Below are positions 19,824 to 28,839 of a stretch of 64,000 bases of DNA, piece by piece. The translations under genes were made by a program, and so were the position numbers. Under the pieces are notes generated by a model. It was given only the letters and a program-made list of their open reading frames with translations. It had not been told where the DNA came from and did no database searches. The stretch is from positions 43,004-107,003 of the IMG/VR virus record IMGVR_UViG_2597490185_000004, one strand, 5' to 3'. This DNA is from a virus. Each line of letters starts with the position of its first letter. Position 1 is the first letter of the stretch.

Positions 19824-20099
19824 TCATTTGCTTCCTGTACACTCTCCCATATCACTAATCATCTTGCGCTGGAAAAACACTTCGTTGACCAACACACCGA
19901 TCAATTGCCGCATGTTATCCTTATTTTCGCCGGTTTCAATGCACCGAAAAGCCCATTCCGCCAGTTCAAAAGATTGACCTTTATCATTCAACCGATGCCT
20001 GACGTGTTCGGTAAATTCTGTTTCAACAAAAGCAACTACATTCATGGGTTCTGACATTTTATCTCCGCAGATACTTATCATTTCCGCAGTGTTTATCAA
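19824..20099 (-). CDS. hypothetical phage protein
   Basis: ORF co-oriented with the backbone, downstream of the dam-like gene; exact start uncertain. Confidence 0.55.
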   Translation of the reverse strand: MINTAEMISICGDKMSEPMNVVAFVETEFTEHVRHRLNDKGQSFELAEWAFRCIETGENKDNMRQLIGVLVNEVFFQRKMISDMGECTGSK

Positions 20100-20186
20100 T
20101 GCCTTGCTCCCATAGTATTTATATATATTTCTTTAAGTGATCTTAGTAAAAATCCATTAAATATATATGGGAGCAAGGCAACTTAA

Positions 20187-20795
20187 CTACACTGCGGCAC
20201 TCACTGTTTTAGGTTTTCTTTTAACAACACGTTTTGCTCGAACTGGCGGAACATAACTACCGAGCTTCTTCATTACTTCAATTTCCACTTCACGGTTTAT
20301 ACAACCCACGCCACCAGAGAAACCACGGAATACCACCAGCATACTTCCGCCCGTATTCATCCTGCTTTCTTTGAATCCAAGCGCAACGTCAGGCTCAAGG
20401 AATGCAATACGGCCACCGACGATCATGACTATCTCATTGGCACTCTGACGAGTTTTGAGATACCACTTTGTATCGATGGATTGGGGGATCAGCATGACCG
20501 TAGTCACTCCCTTACTTTGTTCACGAATCGCGGCATCAATCCACGGTTCGATTTTGGAATAGGGCGGGTTCAAAAATGCCTTTGTGCCAGGCGTACCCCA
20601 ACTGGATTTCAGCGCATCTTTTTCTACGCCGATAAAGTGGGGAAATAAGGCATTGTCTTTGTTACAGGCTACGTCCACGTCAAATTTCAAAGACAGGATT
20701 GTCTCGGTGGCATCAATGCACCATCGAGGAGTTCGCCACAAATCTTTGAGGGATTTGTCACGTTTTCTTTTCGCCGTTGTCGTCACTGTTACCAT
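20187..20795 (-). CDS. phage-type DNA N6-adenine methyltransferase (Dam family)
   Basis: DLWRTP, FDVDVAC, FLNPPYS, GRIAF. Confidence 0.9.
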   Translation of the reverse strand: MVTVTTTAKRKRDKSLKDLWRTPRWCIDATETILSLKFDVDVACNKDNALFPHFIGVEKDALKSSWGTPGTKAFLNPPYSKIEPWIDAAIREQSKGVTTVMLIPQSIDTKWYLKTRQSANEIVMIVGGRIAFLEPDVALGFKESRMNTGGSMLVVFRGFSGGVGCINREVEIEVMKKLGSYVPPVRAKRVVKRKPKTVSAAV

Positions 20796-20969
20796 AAGTA
20801 TTTAATTACCTATTTAAAACAATAATTTTATATCAAGCGATCCGATCTGCAAGCGTTGTTTTAAATATTCGGGGGTGGGGTCTATTTGAGCTTTTAAGAC
20901 GTTTTCAGACATAAGCTAAGGCAAACGTATTGCTGCTACCACAAAACGTTTCCCTGAGTAGTTCTGGCG

Positions 20970-21845
20970 CTATTTTGAATATTGCTCTTTGTACAGCTTA
21001 ACCAGAGGACTATCAGCTTTGAGTGTAACGTTTTTGCCGATACGATCCGCAATCCCAAGCGCCGGAAAAACAGCCATAAACTGACCCGCTTGTGTGCCAG
21101 CAGTACCAACCGGATAAGGACGAGTCGGGTTACTCATCATGTGAAGACGGAACACCTCAGAGGATGCCGTGTTCTTCTTAATGAGACACTCGATGCCTAA
21201 TTGTGTGTACACAGACAACTCATTACCTCGTAAAACCCACTGGGCAATGTTAAGCACCTTTTCCTGCGCTTTTTTCGGGCACTTTTTTACGGCTGCTAAC
21301 AGCACATCTTTGCTAACACCGATCTTTTCACAATCTTCTTCGGTCAGATCAGTCAGTTCAAAATGAGGGCGACTAGAAATTTTATGTTTACGTTTTTCTT
21401 TCTTCCTAGGTTCGGCGAGTTTTTCAGTTTCAATATCTTCTAAGGTGGTTGCCACAACAGGTTCTTCGGTAACAACTTCTAATTTAACTGGTTCAATTGC
21501 CGGTTTATCTGCCACATAAGTTTCCGACAAAGCCGCCATCGTCGCCTCAAGCTCATCAGTATCTTTATCAATAGTATCTAAACTAACAGATTCCGGTGTG
21601 GAAATAACTGGCTCAGACTCAACCACTTTGACAGGTGACAACGTTGAAAGCAGATCACTATCTTTCTTAAAATCCAATGCACTCAATTCTGCGGCCAACT
21701 TTTCAAGCTCATTTAACCCACTCAGGTCGTTATTTTTTGTCTCAACAGTTGGCTTAGATAACTCCCCACTGTCCAGAGCGGCCAGCATAGCTTCTAAAGA
21801 TAAATTATCAGATTCGTTAACAGTCGTTGCGGTATTCATAGTCAT
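20970..21845 (-). CDS. hypothetical phage protein, acidic N-terminus
   Basis: 291 aa; low-complexity acidic N-half and globular C-half. Confidence 0.8.
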   Translation of the reverse strand: MTMNTATTVNESDNLSLEAMLAALDSGELSKPTVETKNNDLSGLNELEKLAAELSALDFKKDSDLLSTLSPVKVVESEPVISTPESVSLDTIDKDTDELEATMAALSETYVADKPAIEPVKLEVVTEEPVVATTLEDIETEKLAEPRKKEKRKHKISSRPHFELTDLTEEDCEKIGVSKDVLLAAVKKCPKKAQEKVLNIAQWVLRGNELSVYTQLGIECLIKKNTASSEVFRLHMMSNPTRPYPVGTAGTQAGQFMAVFPALGIADRIGKNVTLKADSPLVKLYKEQYSK

Positions 21846-21995
21846 TTACATTTTTCCTCTACTTTTAAGTAAGTTCGTTTGGCGCAATGATTATGGATGA
21901 CTTGGGTAGGCGAGAAAGGAAAAGTGATAGGTGAGTCCAAATATGGAAAGGCTGGAAATTCCAGCCCTCATTTTAAAAAATTCCGCTAAGTGAGC

Positions 21996-22310
21996 TTAAT
22001 GATTTACGATGGTCTGCGATATTTCGTTCTGATCACCGTATAAAACGATCCCAGACGTGTCGATTTGGTTTTCCAATTGACGAAGGTCATAAGCAGTTTG
22101 GAGACGTAACCAAAACTCAGGAGTGCTTCCCAATGCGGCAGCGATACGAATTGCTAGCGGTGGAGTTAACGCAGTTTTACCGGCAAGCAAGCGTGATATA
22201 GTCGCAGGCGTTACCCCTATATTGAGCGCAAAGCGACGGCCACTAACACCCATATCAGCCAAATCTCTGGCGATAATCTCTCCTGGATGGGAAATTTTAA
22301 ACTGTCTCAT
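21996..22310 (-). CDS. higA: HigA antitoxin
   Basis: HPGEII...[40 protein letters not shown]. Confidence 0.92.
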   Translation of the reverse strand: MRQFKISHPGEIIARDLADMGVSGRRFALNIGVTPATISRLLAGKTALTPPLAIRIAAALGSTPEFWLRLQTAYDLRQLENQIDTSGIVLYGDQNEISQTIVNH

Positions 22311-22600
22311 TAGTGATAATCCTCATAATTCACAATGTAAGCATCACCGTTGATGAACTGAAAAGTAATGCGCCAGTTAGCTCGGATTGTAATAGACCAG
22401 TAACCTTCACGATCGCCTTTCAGCGGGTGAAGCTTGTAGATTTGACGGTTTAACTCGTTTATTTCATTTGCTGCGTCGATGGCTTGTAAACGGTCGTTAA
22501 TCCTCTCGGCATCTTGCGCCAATACTCCTGAAGTCACGCCTTTTTCAAAAAGTTGCTTCAACCCTTTGTGCTTGAAAGATTTAATCATTATTCCAACCAT
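22310..22600 (-). CDS. higB: HigB toxin
   Basis: [14 protein letters not shown]...[24 protein letters not shown]. Confidence 0.92.
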   Translation of the reverse strand: MVGIMIKSFKHKGLKQLFEKGVTSGVLAQDAERINDRLQAIDAANEINELNRQIYKLHPLKGDREGYWSITIRANWRITFQFINGDAYIVNYEDYH

Positions 22601-22646
22601 ATTACACTCTGTGTAATAGTATATTTCAATGTTGCACGTCGTGCAA
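22601..22646. promoter_or_regulatory. HigBA operator palindromes
   Basis: attacac-tct-gtgtaat (22601-22617) and ttgcac-gtc-gtgcaa (22632-22646) upstream of higB. Confidence 0.65.
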
Positions 22647-22664
22647 TGTTTATGATAAATAGGG

Positions 22665-23279
22665 TTAGCTTAAATAGGAAAGTTTTGAACCTGAGCCAAG
22701 CGGAACTATATTGGATTTAATTTGATCTTCGTTGGGTAACTGAAACAATCCATACTTATCACGGGCAGTAAAGAAGCAATCCATCATGAGTTGTGTATCA
22801 TACAAAGCCCCATGAGCCTTTTCCTCGTCATATTCAAACCCAAGCGCAAAAGCCAACTCTCTCAGGTTAGGACGCTTACCGTCCTGCGTCGCCCATAAAC
22901 CTTGAAGCATGGTGTCCATCCAGATAAGATCTTGTCTTAACGTCAGACCATGTAAACCTAACTCATGCTCAATGAATGGCTTATCGAAACCAAGACCATT
23001 ATGTGCCACAATCACAGTGGCATTGTTAAGTATCGAGGCTATGGCATGTGCTTTACTTTTAAATAACGGCTCTGCGACCAGATCCGACAATTTAACGCCG
23101 GTAATTTCCTGAGCCTTTGCAGATAGTTCACGCTGAGGGTTGAAACGCAGTGCAATATCTTTAATAGCAGAGCCCGTAAGCAAGTCACGGGCGCATAATG
23201 CCACTTCAAAGATACGATGCCCGTCAGCGTATTCCAGACCTGTTGTTTCAAGGTCAAGACCAACGACGGTATACGTCAT
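22665..23279 (-). CDS. DnaQ-like DEDDh 3'-5' exonuclease
   Basis: GLDLETTG, VAHNGLGFD, H.ALYD. Confidence 0.9.
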   Translation of the reverse strand: MTYTVVGLDLETTGLEYADGHRIFEVALCARDLLTGSAIKDIALRFNPQRELSAKAQEITGVKLSDLVAEPLFKSKAHAIASILNNATVIVAHNGLGFDKPFIEHELGLHGLTLRQDLIWMDTMLQGLWATQDGKRPNLRELAFALGFEYDEEKAHGALYDTQLMMDCFFTARDKYGLFQLPNEDQIKSNIVPLGSGSKLSYLS

Positions 23280-23740
23280 AGTTTCACAGCTCCATTTTTA
23301 GTGAATGTAATCGCTTTTGTGATCGCTGATTTCAACGCGGCCGGCTCATCATCTAAGACTTCTGACTTTTCCATCTTAGAACCGTCAGCTTTTACTACCA
23401 TGTATGTAACTGTGCGAGAAAACATATCCAGTTTTAAAAAAACCACTGCACCTTTATGAGCAAATACCATAGGAAACTGATCTGCTTTATCGTTTTTCTG
23501 AATCTCTGTTAACGTCACATTCAAAACTTCACCAACATCACTATTTACCAAACCTTGAACCGCATCAAATACCGCATAGATAGCCATTTTCGCTTCATTG
23601 CGGGTAATAAAACGTTTCTCCAACCTAATTAGGATATTTTCAATTGATGCCAGCGTCTTGCGGTCAATCTCATCACGCAGATCGATCAGCTCATCTTCTG
23701 CGTTAGGGTAATTATCGTAGTTCATTGCTTCATCTGACAT
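23276..23740 (-). CDS. hypothetical phage protein
   Basis: 154 aa, translationally coupled in the operon. Confidence 0.75.
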   Translation of the reverse strand: MSDEAMNYDNYPNAEDELIDLRDEIDRKTLASIENILIRLEKRFITRNEAKMAIYAVFDAVQGLVNSDVGEVLNVTLTEIQKNDKADQFPMVFAHKGAVVFLKLDMFSRTVTYMVVKADGSKMEKSEVLDDEPAALKSAITKAITFTKNGAVKL

Positions 23741-23800
23741 TTGTAAAATCTCTGTTATATGGTCAGCATATTTTCAGCCAACCACATAGGTATTAAAGGA

Positions 23801-24454
23801 TTAATGGGAGGCGATGGTTTCGTACCCGTATGAATCGATATGCTTTTCGTAAACACCGATCAGTGAGTCCACCCGCTTCGACAAATTTTGAATGTGAGAG
23901 GGTATTGCCTGAAAGACGACGCCGGCAGTATTCGTGAACTCAGAAAAACGTCTCATTTCTCCTTCTATCAGACTTTCAATTTTGAGTCTGTAACCTAAAT
24001 GAACAGAAGCTCTGTCCGTGCGTGTATCTGTCTGACCAGAAACAAAAGTCCCTCTTGCCATCACGATATTGCTAAAATGCTTTTCGGTCGCTAAACGTGA
24101 TTCTGAAATGATATCGATAAGGGCAAACTCGATGTCATGACCCTCTTTCGTGTCAGTTGATATCGTCGGTGGTACATATGCCAGCGTATAAGCCATTACA
24201 TCAATGGGAGTGCGGTCGGTGACAAAACTTTCTGTTGGATAGCTGGCAATCAACTCTTTGCATACTGTTTTCTGCATTCTGAAATATTCTGGCAGAGTCA
24301 TTTCCGCCCGGCAGTCAAAACCGTTGCACTTGAGAATATGCCGTACACCTGAGTCAAAATAAGGAACGTCGGTTTGTTCAGAAAAGGCTTTGGCCAAAGT
24401 CGTTTTTCCCGACCCTTGAGCGCCACATAATCCAAGTCGAAATTGATGATTCAT
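23801..24454 (-). CDS. P-loop NTPase / nucleotide kinase-like (AAA_28 type)
   Basis: GLCGAQGSGKTTLA, FVTDRTPIDV; ATGA coupling with the folA stop. Confidence 0.8.
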   Translation of the reverse strand: MNHQFRLGLCGAQGSGKTTLAKAFSEQTDVPYFDSGVRHILKCNGFDCRAEMTLPEYFRMQKTVCKELIASYPTESFVTDRTPIDVMAYTLAYVPPTISTDTKEGHDIEFALIDIISESRLATEKHFSNIVMARGTFVSGQTDTRTDRASVHLGYRLKIESLIEGEMRRFSEFTNTAGVVFQAIPSHIQNLSKRVDSLIGVYEKHIDSYGYETIASH

Positions 24455-24942
24455 TCTTTTTGCTTCCAATACATAACATGATCAAACGCAGGTTCATTTT
24501 CTAACTCGTCGTAATAGTTCAACGTCATACGGCGGTTGAATGCGGCTTTAAGCTCATCCATCGGAAAAAAGGTGTCTGCGTCGGGCGTGTCATCTTCAAT
24601 ATGGGAGATAAAAGCGCGGTCAGCTATATTGATAAACTGACGATAGATCTCGGCACCTCCGATGATGTAAACAGAGTGCAACCGAGCCAGATCTTTCACT
24701 TCACTAGTATCACGAATAATCGAAAAGCCAGCCGGAACCCGATTAGGATCGCGTGATAGCACAAAGTTGAAGCGGTCTTTCAATGGCTTACCCAAACTTT
24801 CCGCAGTTTTGCGACCCATCACAACAATTTCACCAACCGTCTTATTCTTAAACAGTTTCAGATCGCGAGAACTATGCCAGGGCAGGGCGTTATTCACGCC
24901 AATGCCGTTGCCACGTCCTACAGCCGCAATAAGGGAAATCAC
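24451..24942 (-). CDS. folA: dihydrofolate reductase
   Basis: GIGVNNALPW, DLKLFK..T, VVMGRKT..S, IIGGAEIY, DADTFFP. Confidence 0.95.
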   Translation of the reverse strand: MISLIAAVGRGNGIGVNNALPWHSSRDLKLFKNKTVGEIVVMGRKTAESLGKPLKDRFNFVLSRDPNRVPAGFSIIRDTSEVKDLARLHSVYIIGGAEIYRQFINIADRAFISHIEDDTPDADTFFPMDELKAAFNRRMTLNYYDELENEPAFDHVMYWKQKE

Positions 24943-25376
24943 ACCGCACCTCTTGAGATCGAATAGACCGTTGGCCGATGCGGGTGGTTGCGAAAATCGT
25001 GTTCGTCCTGACGCTCAGTACAAAGCACAGCAATGATCTGACCGCCGTTCTCGCGCAGATGTTCTTTAACCGCTTTCATTTTGAAATAACGACCCATCTC
25101 TTTCGGTTTAGGCAAATACAGATAGTCAAAGAAGACGCCTTGCTCTTTAAGCCAAGCCTCGGTTTGCTCCTTATATTCAGCAGGGCGGTCGTCAACAATC
25201 AGAATGTCACAGCCAGTGCGCTGAAACCCTTTAAGCATACGAACGGAGGCAATGATCGCATCATCGCGCTCATGTCTTTCGTTGTATTCAATAAAACTGC
25301 CTTCTTTCATCAGATGAAGACGGTCTGAGTTGTCAGAAAGCACACCGTCTATTGTGCAAATAACTAAAGGTTGCAT
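24939..25376 (-). CDS. HAD-family (PNKP phosphatase-like) protein
   Basis: ICTIDGVLSD; resembles the T4 Pnk phosphatase domain but the first Asp of DxDG is replaced by Thr. Confidence 0.6.
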   Translation of the reverse strand: MQPLVICTIDGVLSDNSDRLHLMKEGSFIEYNERHERDDAIIASVRMLKGFQRTGCDILIVDDRPAEYKEQTEAWLKEQGVFFDYLYLPKPKEMGRYFKMKAVKEHLRENGGQIIAVLCTERQDEHDFRNHPHRPTVYSISRGAV

Positions 25377-25387
25377 ATGAAATGTCC

Positions 25388-26512
25388 TTATTTTGCTACT
25401 GGGGCTTTAATCCACGGATGAGATTGATAACCAAAGATACTGATCCCCTGCCAATTGAAGTCACTCAGCTCTTTCCATGACTCAGGGAACACAACGATAG
25501 GATCGTTTTCAGCAATATCTTCACGCTTCATATACGTATCAACGCCTTCTGCGTGATTGTTATACAAGTGAACATCAAAGCCGAAATGCGAGAAACCCGC
25601 CGCCATGTGATCGGTAATGTGGGCTAAAAAATGCGTAATAATGCTATAACCAGCAATGTTAAAAGGCATACCGACAAAGGTATCAACGCTGCGCTGAACC
25701 ATTCCGGTATTTAGAACGCGACGAGGGATGTTGTAATGGTCAAGCCATTTGTGCGTTAACCCATCCATAAAGCAGTTGTAATCGTGATTGTTGCTCTCCA
25801 TCACTGGCTTAATTGCCAGCGCGAAAGAGGCATACTTGGAATCGACGTTGTGATCGATATGATTTACGCCGATATTGAATGCCATCATGAGACGATTAAC
25901 GGGATCTAATTCACGACTCCATGCGCCGAAAGCAAAGTGACAAGGAGGCAAAGCCATATCTTCCAATTCACCCACATTCCACGCTAACATAATGTTACGG
26001 CGGTTTTCAGGGTCATTACGCAGATTGTCCACAATGCGTTGTAACTGGTCGATTTCACGGGTGACAACTAAACGTCCGTCTGTCAGTTCGCCATCGACCA
26101 CATAACCCCTGTGTTTGATTTGCTCAAACTGTTCAGGGGTAACTACGCGAGTATCACGCCATTTACGCCATTGCTTTCCGTAGACAGGCCCAAGGTCGCC
26201 ATTTTCATTTGCCCACAGATCCCAAATCTTCACGCCATTTTCATTCAGGAAACGAACGTTTGTCAGCCCTCTGAAATACCACTCAAGTTCAACCAAAAGA
26301 GGATGCTGATTAACGGCTTTGCCTGAAATCATCGGCACAAGACCACCGTTTAAATAGTAAAAGCTCGGAATAAAAGAGATGCCAGATGTACCGACACCAG
26401 TTCTCTCAGAGCTTGAAGGAAAGCCGTTGACGACAATATCCGCTACGATATCGCGGTATGACTCGTCATTAATCAGAGACAGGTTGTTTTTTGGTGATTT
26501 TTTTTCAGTCAT
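25388..26512 (-). CDS. thyA: thymidylate synthase
   Basis: ERTGVGT, IWDLWA, LGPVYGKQWR, ALPPCH, QRSVD..VGMPFN, DVHLYNNH. Confidence 0.95.
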   Translation of the reverse strand: MTEKKSPKNNLSLINDESYRDIVADIVVNGFPSSSERTGVGTSGISFIPSFYYLNGGLVPMISGKAVNQHPLLVELEWYFRGLTNVRFLNENGVKIWDLWANENGDLGPVYGKQWRKWRDTRVVTPEQFEQIKHRGYVVDGELTDGRLVVTREIDQLQRIVDNLRNDPENRRNIMLAWNVGELEDMALPPCHFAFGAWSRELDPVNRLMMAFNIGVNHIDHNVDSKYASFALAIKPVMESNNHDYNCFMDGLTHKWLDHYNIPRRVLNTGMVQRSVDTFVGMPFNIAGYSIITHFLAHITDHMAAGFSHFGFDVHLYNNHAEGVDTYMKREDIAENDPIVVFPESWKELSDFNWQGISIFGYQSHPWIKAPVAK

Positions 26513-26708
26513 TTTTTATTTGCTATAGATATGTATTTACTTACTATATTTTATATAAGTTAGTTAGGCAGTAAACAAAAAAAAGCACACTCGAAAAGTG
26601 TGCTTACAATCGGCTATCGCTATTACCGGAACGACAGCAAAATTAGTTCAATTCAAAATAAATAAGGCGACACAAATATAATACGTATTTACTTACTTAT
26701 CAATAATT

Positions 26709-27512
26709 TTATGCTAATTCTGTGCATTGTTTTAAGAATGGTGTTAAATCAACCGGTGTGTAACTCGGTGACTTCAAAATCTTGCCGTCAGAAATACGAT
26801 AACCGATCAGCCCATCACGAGAAATACATGTACGAAATGCCAAATCATCGGCGTCATACTTACAGTTCTCAACTTGTTCTTTGCGAATCGTTGCGTCACT
26901 CGACCAAAGTTTAGACATGTTAGATTCATGAATCGTGGTCGTCAGTTCAACAAGATCCACCCCTGAAATACCTAACAGGTAATAGAGTAAGTGCAGAGCA
27001 TCTGCGATAGCCGCCGGAAACAGAACCAAATCCTCTATAGCCGTTGCTACATTCCCTCTATCCATATTATCAGCCAATAATTCCAACTGATCAGCGATAC
27101 AAATTGAGTGCTCGAATGCTGACTTCATATCATCCATAAAGCCAGATGAGAGGTTATGTTGCGTATTTTTTGTCAATGATTCTTTCTTGTAATCAAATGC
27201 AAGCGCGTGGCTTAAAGATCCGCCTAACATAACCAGAGTACCGGTCAGAACGTAAACGGTATCACCGGCAGCGTCCAGTATTTCAATGCTGTCATTTTCG
27301 TTAATCGCCTTAACACCCTCTTTGGCTTCTTCACGGATCAAATTGGCGCGTAGGCGGAACATATCAGCAGTGACCTCGTTACTTTCAATAGGATGCTCAA
27401 ACACCTGATGAAACTCTTTAACCATATCGTAAAAGCTACTGATATACCCAGAATTTCTAATCGGCTGTTTTTCAGTTGGGTTTAGCTTCATGGTTGCGCT
27501 TGTTTTCTTCAT
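26709..27512 (-). CDS. MazG-like NTP pyrophosphohydrolase
   Basis: VKEFH..F, LIREEAKE, ILDAAGD, HESNMSK, DGKILKS. Confidence 0.85.
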   Translation of the reverse strand: MKKTSATMKLNPTEKQPIRNSGYISSFYDMVKEFHQVFEHPIESNEVTADMFRLRANLIREEAKEGVKAINENDSIEILDAAGDTVYVLTGTLVMLGGSLSHALAFDYKKESLTKNTQHNLSSGFMDDMKSAFEHSICIADQLELLADNMDRGNVATAIEDLVLFPAAIADALHLLYYLLGISGVDLVELTTTIHESNMSKLWSSDATIRKEQVENCKYDADDLAFRTCISRDGLIGYRISDGKILKSPSYTPVDLTPFLKQCTELA

Positions 27513-27609
27513 TATATTATTTCCAAAAATAAAATATTTTTATTATTTATTAATTTATATAGATAATAAATGAACGACAACTCCCGTCACTCATTTATCG
27601 CAGGTGTCG

Positions 27610-28731
27610 TCAGATTTCAAAGCCAGACAATGCTCCAGTGTTGACCTGAGAGTCTATTTGACCAGTCAGATAATCCGCTTTCTCCGTTTCTTGTGGGGCA
27701 ACCTGAACGTTATCTGATAGTAACCAATTGTTCACCCAAGGTAACGGGTCGTGGCTAATCTCTGCAAACACCGCATCAAATCCAATTCGTTTCATTGCGA
27801 CATTGGCACGGTATTTCACGTATTCTTTGAGCATATCGGCATTCAGGCCAATCATAGAGCCATCTTTAAACAGATAATCAGCCCAATTCATTTCCTGTTC
27901 AGCCACCGAAACCATCGTGCGAATAACAAAATCACGGTTCCGTTCCGCAATTCGCTTCCACATTTCACCCTCGCGGCCGTTGTACATCAGTTTGAGCATT
28001 TCCTGAGTGACATGGCAATGCAACGCTTCATCACGGGCAATAAACTTCATGATCTTTGCGTTGGCTTCCATCACACCACGCTCACCAAAAGCAAACGTAC
28101 AGGCGAAGCTGACATAGAAGCGAATAGCCTCAAGTGTATTGACCGCCACCAATGTTTTAAATACCTGCTCCTGAATCGTCTCTTCACCGTACTGACGCTC
28201 AAATTCCTCAACGCCAAGATATTCACGAGTAACAAACAGCTTAATCAGGCGATCATATTCTTCTGACACGGATGAGGCGCGTGCGAGGATCATTTCATCT
28301 TCAACAATGCCGTCAAAGATAGTTTCAGGATCAGTAACCAGATTACGGATAATGTGCGTGTAACTGCGACTGTGAATCGTTTCAGAGAAAGACCATGTTT
28401 CGATCCATGTTTCCAGTTCCGGCAGTGAACAGATAGGCAGAAAGGCAATATTTGGGGCGCGTCCCTGAACAGAATCCAGCAGAGTTTGATATTTCAGGTT
28501 AGCAATAAAAATGTGTCGCTCATGTTCAGGCATATTTTGGTAGTCGATGCGATCTTTACTCACATCCACTTCTTCCGGTCGCCAGAACAGGCTCAGTTGA
28601 CGTTCAATCGCTTTTTCAAACAAACGGTGTTTTTGCTGATCGTAACGAGCCACGTTCACACTCAAACCGAAAAACATAGGTTCTTTAGTAGCATCATTCT
28701 TGGCTTGTCGAAATACGGAATAACCTGACAT
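27610..28731 (-). CDS. nrdB: ribonucleotide reductase class Ia beta subunit
   Basis: FWRPEEVDVS, LLDSVQGR, ETIHSRSY, EAIRFYVSF, RDEALH. Confidence 0.97.
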   Translation of the reverse strand: MSGYSVFRQAKNDATKEPMFFGLSVNVARYDQQKHRLFEKAIERQLSLFWRPEEVDVSKDRIDYQNMPEHERHIFIANLKYQTLLDSVQGRAPNIAFLPICSLPELETWIETWSFSETIHSRSYTHIIRNLVTDPETIFDGIVEDEMILARASSVSEEYDRLIKLFVTREYLGVEEFERQYGEETIQEQVFKTLVAVNTLEAIRFYVSFACTFAFGERGVMEANAKIMKFIARDEALHCHVTQEMLKLMYNGREGEMWKRIAERNRDFVIRTMVSVAEQEMNWADYLFKDGSMIGLNADMLKEYVKYRANVAMKRIGFDAVFAEISHDPLPWVNNWLLSDNVQVAPQETEKADYLTGQIDSQVNTGALSGFEI

Positions 28732-28839
28732 ATTTTTTCCTTTTTGTGTAAATCTTTTGTATTTTGTATCAGTCAATTAGGCACTCAAGATGAATAAAAA
28801 GGTGAGCATAAGCCCACCTTTATTCCGTGCATTCAGGAA

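Noticed and set aside
25388-26512. ThyA as a base-modifying hydroxymethylase
   Set aside because: It retains the canonical PFN asparagine and is paired with DHFR; no glycosyltransferase or other modification genes are nearby.
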